Shown: positions 58,116-61,585 of the stretch, one piece after another
How the letters are laid out: each line of letters begins with the position of its first letter
How positions within the stretch are numbered: position 1 is the stretch's first letter
Origin: Candidatus Thorarchaeota archaeon
GTDB taxonomy: Archaea > Asgardarchaeota > Thorarchaeia > Thorarchaeales > Thorarchaeaceae
DNA: 61,585 nucleotides
Direction of reading: 5' to 3'
NCBI GenBank assembly: GCA_020348985.1
Contig: CP070761.1
Coordinates: 2,009,492 to 2,071,076, forward strand
Program-made: the position numbers and the translations under genes
The notes under the pieces: model-generated
What the model was told of the DNA's origin: nothing
What the model saw: only the letters and a program-made list of their open reading frames with translations
Database searches by the model: none

Positions 58116-61100
58116 CTATGCTCTGACACGTGCAACTGGAAGAATGATGCGGAATGATGCCCCATGCTTGGCGGAGTCCAGAAGCTCTATGGTACCCCCG
58201 TAGACCTCAATGATCTTCTTAGTGAGAAAGAGTCCATAACCGCCGCCAGTTGTAGACGTTCCTTTCTGAAAGAGACTCTCTCGGATTTCCTTTGGAATGC
58301 CGGGGCCCTTGTCCGACACGTCAATCTGAACTCCCTTTTCAGAGGGAGATACAACAACGGTGACCTCGGCATCCGGACCAGCGTACTCCGCAGAGTTTCT
58401 AAAGAGATTGTCAAAGACCGTTGTCATCAATCTGCCGCCCAGTACCCTTAGTTCAGGACCAACACTTCTGAGGCGCAGCTCTACATTCAAGCCTGGATGG
58501 CTCTTCTCAGCTTGTCTGCTTGCAAGCTGAAGGATTCTGATAATGTCTCGTTCCTCTAGTGCACTGGGCCGTCCTAAGACGTCCAACAGCTTGGTCATCC
58601 GTTCAGTAGCAGCAGCGATTGCCTCCAAGTTGCCCTTTGTCTTAGGGATATCCTCGATTGTCATGAAGGCAAACTCGGTGCTGTTGTATACGACTTGTAG
58701 ATCGTTTCGAATGTCGTGCTGCAGGAGATTAGCATACATTTCCAACTCACGATTTGAGAAACGGAGTTCCTCCTCTGCACGTTTTCGCTCAAGAGCGCTC
58801 ACGAATACAGCCGCCACCAATCTCAGAAGATGGCCTAGCTGCTCGGGCCACAGATGTTCGGTACCCCTAGCCCCATAGAAACCGAGGACACCATACAACG
58901 CCCCTTCATGTGTCATTGGAACAAGAAGCTGAGACCTGAAAGGAATTCCCAGAGACTGAGCCCATCTCCGTTCTCCTATTGCCTCTGGCGGGTTTTCTTC
59001 TCGCGTACTGATGATTATGCTGTCGCCTCGATGCAGAGTCTCAAAGTAGTAACCGAAAGTAGCTGAAGGGATACCTTGCAGATTGGCAATTTGAGAGTCT
59101 TCTGGGGAATCTGCCCACTCATGTGTGTTTGTGAGCGTGGAGAGATCATCTGAGAAAAGAATTACAGAGCCAAGCACAGCGCCAACGAATTCGCCAATCC
59201 GATTCAATGCTGAGTTGATCTCTCTGTCAATCTCTTCAATAGGAAGGTCAATGAATCGTGTTGCAAGTTCCGAGACAATCTCCTCGAATTCGGCCAAGTA
59301 TCTTACAGCTTCTTCAGCTTCGTGTCGGTCTGTGATGTCCCTCACTACAGACACGATGCTCTCACCATCGTCATGAAGACTCAACGTGGCTGAGAACCAA
59401 TATTGTCTATCCTCAATCACAAGAGGGTAATCGAATGTCCGCGGTTCCTTCGTGTTTCGAACCTCTCTGGAAAGTGCAAGGTGCTTATCCGCTACATCTT
59501 CTGGAATAGTATCGGCAACATGCTTCTCCATCATCTCTTCGGCAGGCTGCACGAGAAGGTGTCCACTCGAAGCGTAGCATTCTCTGTACTTGTCCTCTTT
59601 GTCGTATACGAATATGAGATCGTGCATGGATTCGATGACAGTGCGATGTTTCTGCTCGCTCTCGCGGATGGCCTCTGCGACCTTCTTCTGTTCTGTGACG
59701 TCTCTTATGAAGCCTAGACGGTGTGGGACGCCGTCTAGCGTAATTGGTGTTGATTTAATATCTGCGAAGAAGAGAACTCCATCGCTTCTCATCATAGGAA
59801 TCCCTTCTACAGTGTCAGTCTCACCCGATATAATCCGTTCAAACTGCTCCATTGCATACTGCCGTGCATCTTCGGGCATGAAATCGACAATATTCATTGT
59901 CATGATTTCGTCAAGAGAGACACCCATCATTTCACACATTCTGGCATTCGCGGAACTAGTATTTCCATCTCGGTCGATTACGTGTATTCCATCGACTGCG
60001 CTATCGAAGATCGTTCGGTACCTTTCTTCACTCTCTCTCAAGTCTTTCTCAGTTTCCTTCAGGTGAGTGATGTCCAAGAGGGTGCCAGTTGCTTGCTGGG
60101 TAGAGCCATCTTCCTCCCATTCCACTACTTTGCCTCTTTCTAGAACCCATTTCCATTCTTCGGACTTGGTCTTCATTCTGTGCTCGGAAGAATACAGCGG
60201 GGATTCTCCCGCCACATGCATGTTCCAACGTGCCACCACCTCTTCCAAGTCATCGGGGTGTACAAGCTTCTCCCACCCTTCTATGGTCATTTCAAGGTCA
60301 TCCAAATCATAGCCTAGGATTGTGGCCCATCTCGAGGAAAATGTCATCTCACCCGTTCTTGCGTCCCAATGCCATATTCCCAGTTCGGCCCCCTGTAGTG
60401 CAAGATCTAGGCTCTCCTGGCTCTCACGAAGAGCCGCCACAGTCTCTGTACGCTCAGTGACGTCCTGAATCTGGGAAAAGTAGCCTGTTATATCACCTGT
60501 TTCGTCCAGTCGTAGAGGCGTATGAAGAACATCAATGTGCATAAGCCCTGTTTTCGTAGTAGTGTACTGACCTGCCTGCCTTGTCTTCTCAAAGTCAAAC
60601 TCTAGCATGAATCTCGCAGCTTCACCCGCAAGAAGCTTCTCCTTGACATCTTCAGGCGTGTTGGGATCCTCAAAGAGAACAAAACCCTTCATGTCCTCAT
60701 TGCTTGGTACACCGAATAGGTCCAATCCAGCTTGGTTTATGTCCAGGATTCGGCCTTCGCTGTCGAACACTTCCATTGCAATGGGAGACTCCTCGAATGC
60801 TGTTCGGAACTTCTTTTCACTCTCCATCAGAAGACGTTCGATCCTCTGCGGCTCAGTGATGTCCCGAATTAGCGTCAACACCCAATTCACGCGTCTTCCC
60901 TTCAAAATCGGGATTCTCCTTATCTCGACAAACACTTCGGAATCGTCTATCTGGTGCATCTCTTGAGAGACTATGACTTTTCGTTCACTCAAAACCTTCT
61001 CATACTCTTTGAGTACGTCTTTGGTCAGAAAGGTAAAGCAGTCAAGCAGCTTCTTCCCGGCAGGCTCAGGGTCCAAACCCATCCTCTTCAACCATACATC

Positions 61101-61217
61101 CAGTGCGGGATTTGCGTACTGAATTACCATGTCGCGGTCGACTATGTGCAATGCATCGTCAAGTGACTCAAGTGCTAGCTGACCTAGGTCATGAGCCCCA
61201 GAGCGGAACTTAGACAT
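58116..61217 (-). CDS. Cytoplasmic sensor histidine kinase (about 5 PAS + GAF + HisKA + HATPase)
   Basis: Repeated RDITE/DVTE PAS ends, QHDIRNDL, NLFRNS, DKGPGI, GGGYGL; start MSKFR after GGAGGA (or 61250). Confidence 0.93.
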   Translation of the reverse strand: MSKFRSGAHDLGQLALESLDDALHIVDRDMVIQYANPALDVWLKRMGLDPEPAGKKLLDCFTFLTKDVLKEYEKVLSERKVIVSQEMHQIDDSEVFVEIRRIPILKGRRVNWVLTLIRDITEPQRIERLLMESEKKFRTAFEESPIAMEVFDSEGRILDINQAGLDLFGVPSNEDMKGFVLFEDPNTPEDVKEKLLAGEAARFMLEFDFEKTRQAGQYTTTKTGLMHIDVLHTPLRLDETGDITGYFSQIQDVTERTETVAALRESQESLDLALQGAELGIWHWDARTGEMTFSSRWATILGYDLDDLEMTIEGWEKLVHPDDLEEVVARWNMHVAGESPLYSSEHRMKTKSEEWKWVLERGKVVEWEEDGSTQQATGTLLDITHLKETEKDLRESEERYRTIFDSAVDGIHVIDRDGNTSSANARMCEMMGVSLDEIMTMNIVDFMPEDARQYAMEQFERIISGETDTVEGIPMMRSDGVLFFADIKSTPITLDGVPHRLGFIRDVTEQKKVAEAIRESEQKHRTVIESMHDLIFVYDKEDKYRECYASSGHLLVQPAEEMMEKHVADTIPEDVADKHLALSREVRNTKEPRTFDYPLVIEDRQYWFSATLSLHDDGESIVSVVRDITDRHEAEEAVRYLAEFEEIVSELATRFIDLPIEEIDREINSALNRIGEFVGAVLGSVILFSDDLSTLTNTHEWADSPEDSQIANLQGIPSATFGYYFETLHRGDSIIISTREENPPEAIGERRWAQSLGIPFRSQLLVPMTHEGALYGVLGFYGARGTEHLWPEQLGHLLRLVAAVFVSALERKRAEEELRFSNRELEMYANLLQHDIRNDLQVVYNSTEFAFMTIEDIPKTKGNLEAIAAATERMTKLLDVLGRPSALEERDIIRILQLASRQAEKSHPGLNVELRLRSVGPELRVLGGRLMTTVFDNLFRNSAEYAGPDAEVTVVVSPSEKGVQIDVSDKGPGIPKEIRESLFQKGTSTTGGGYGLFLTKKIIEVYGGTIELLDSAKHGASFRIILPVARVRA

Positions 61218-61455
61218 TTCAGAGACTCCTCCTTGCTTGATCTCGTTCATTTCTCAGTTGAATTGTCCATTCTAATGGAGGCGTATGTTGATGGCGACGG
61301 CGCGAATCTGGGCAAAGGAACAGGATTCTTCGTGATTCTCGATTAATAGAAGTTTAGGTGATACATGCCCCCTTTTGGCCCTGAAATGACGTTAATGGAA
61401 CTCTTTATACGACTCAAACCGGCTCGAGCCACACAGCATTTCCTAAGTGAAAAAC

Positions 61456-61585
61456 ATGGGAGCCAACACCAAGTATCACATTCTGCTAGTTGTGTGCGCA
61501 ATGTTCTGGGGTGGTTCCTGGGTTTCTGCCAAGATTATCGTCTCGATAGCGCCCCCGCTCACGGTAGGGTTCTTCCGTTTCTTCA
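61456..61585 (+). CDS. EamA/DMT transporter, 5' part (runs off window edge)
   Basis: MGANTKYHILLVVCAMFWGGSWVSAK..PPLTVGFFRF. Confidence 0.85.
   Translation, partial: MGANTKYHILLVVCAMFWGGSWVSAKIIVSIAPPLTVGFFRFF

Noticed and set aside
1-61585. tRNA, rRNA, CRISPR arrays, IS elements, selenoprotein UGA readthrough
   Set aside because: None recognised by eye; tRNAscan-SE, Infernal and a SECIS search would be needed to exclude them formally

Overview
Gene-dense (about 55 CDS) archaeal chromosome segment, most likely from an Asgard archaeon and probably Thorarchaeia. This is an inference from an Asgard-type profilin, two tandem Rab-like GTPases, a geranylgeranyl reductase, TrmB, a split LplA/LplB with a LipS2-type radical SAM enzyme, and NosD/Ig, LRR and LVIVD repeat proteins. 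Most of the window is housekeeping and heterotrophy: PfkA, CorA, a Na/Pi symporter, nucleoside and polar amino-acid ABC transporters, M3/S9/T2 peptidases, agmatinase, thioredoxin and a multi-PAS histidine kinase. I saw no rRNA, tRNA, CRISPR array, transposase or integrase. The best leads for undescribed biology are: (i) a 300-nt intergenic region (56407-56708) tiled by hairpins with alternative pairings, a candidate structured RNA; (ii) an uncharacterised cluster at 23181-26683 (long coiled-coil with a C-terminal winged helix, small wHTH protein, membrane HExxH metalloprotease, charged helical protein); (iii) the tandem Rab-like GTPases with a co-oriented unknown helical gene; (iv) a wHTH / membrane protein / profilin locus with a palindromic site. 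All product calls come from motif recognition by eye; no searches were run.
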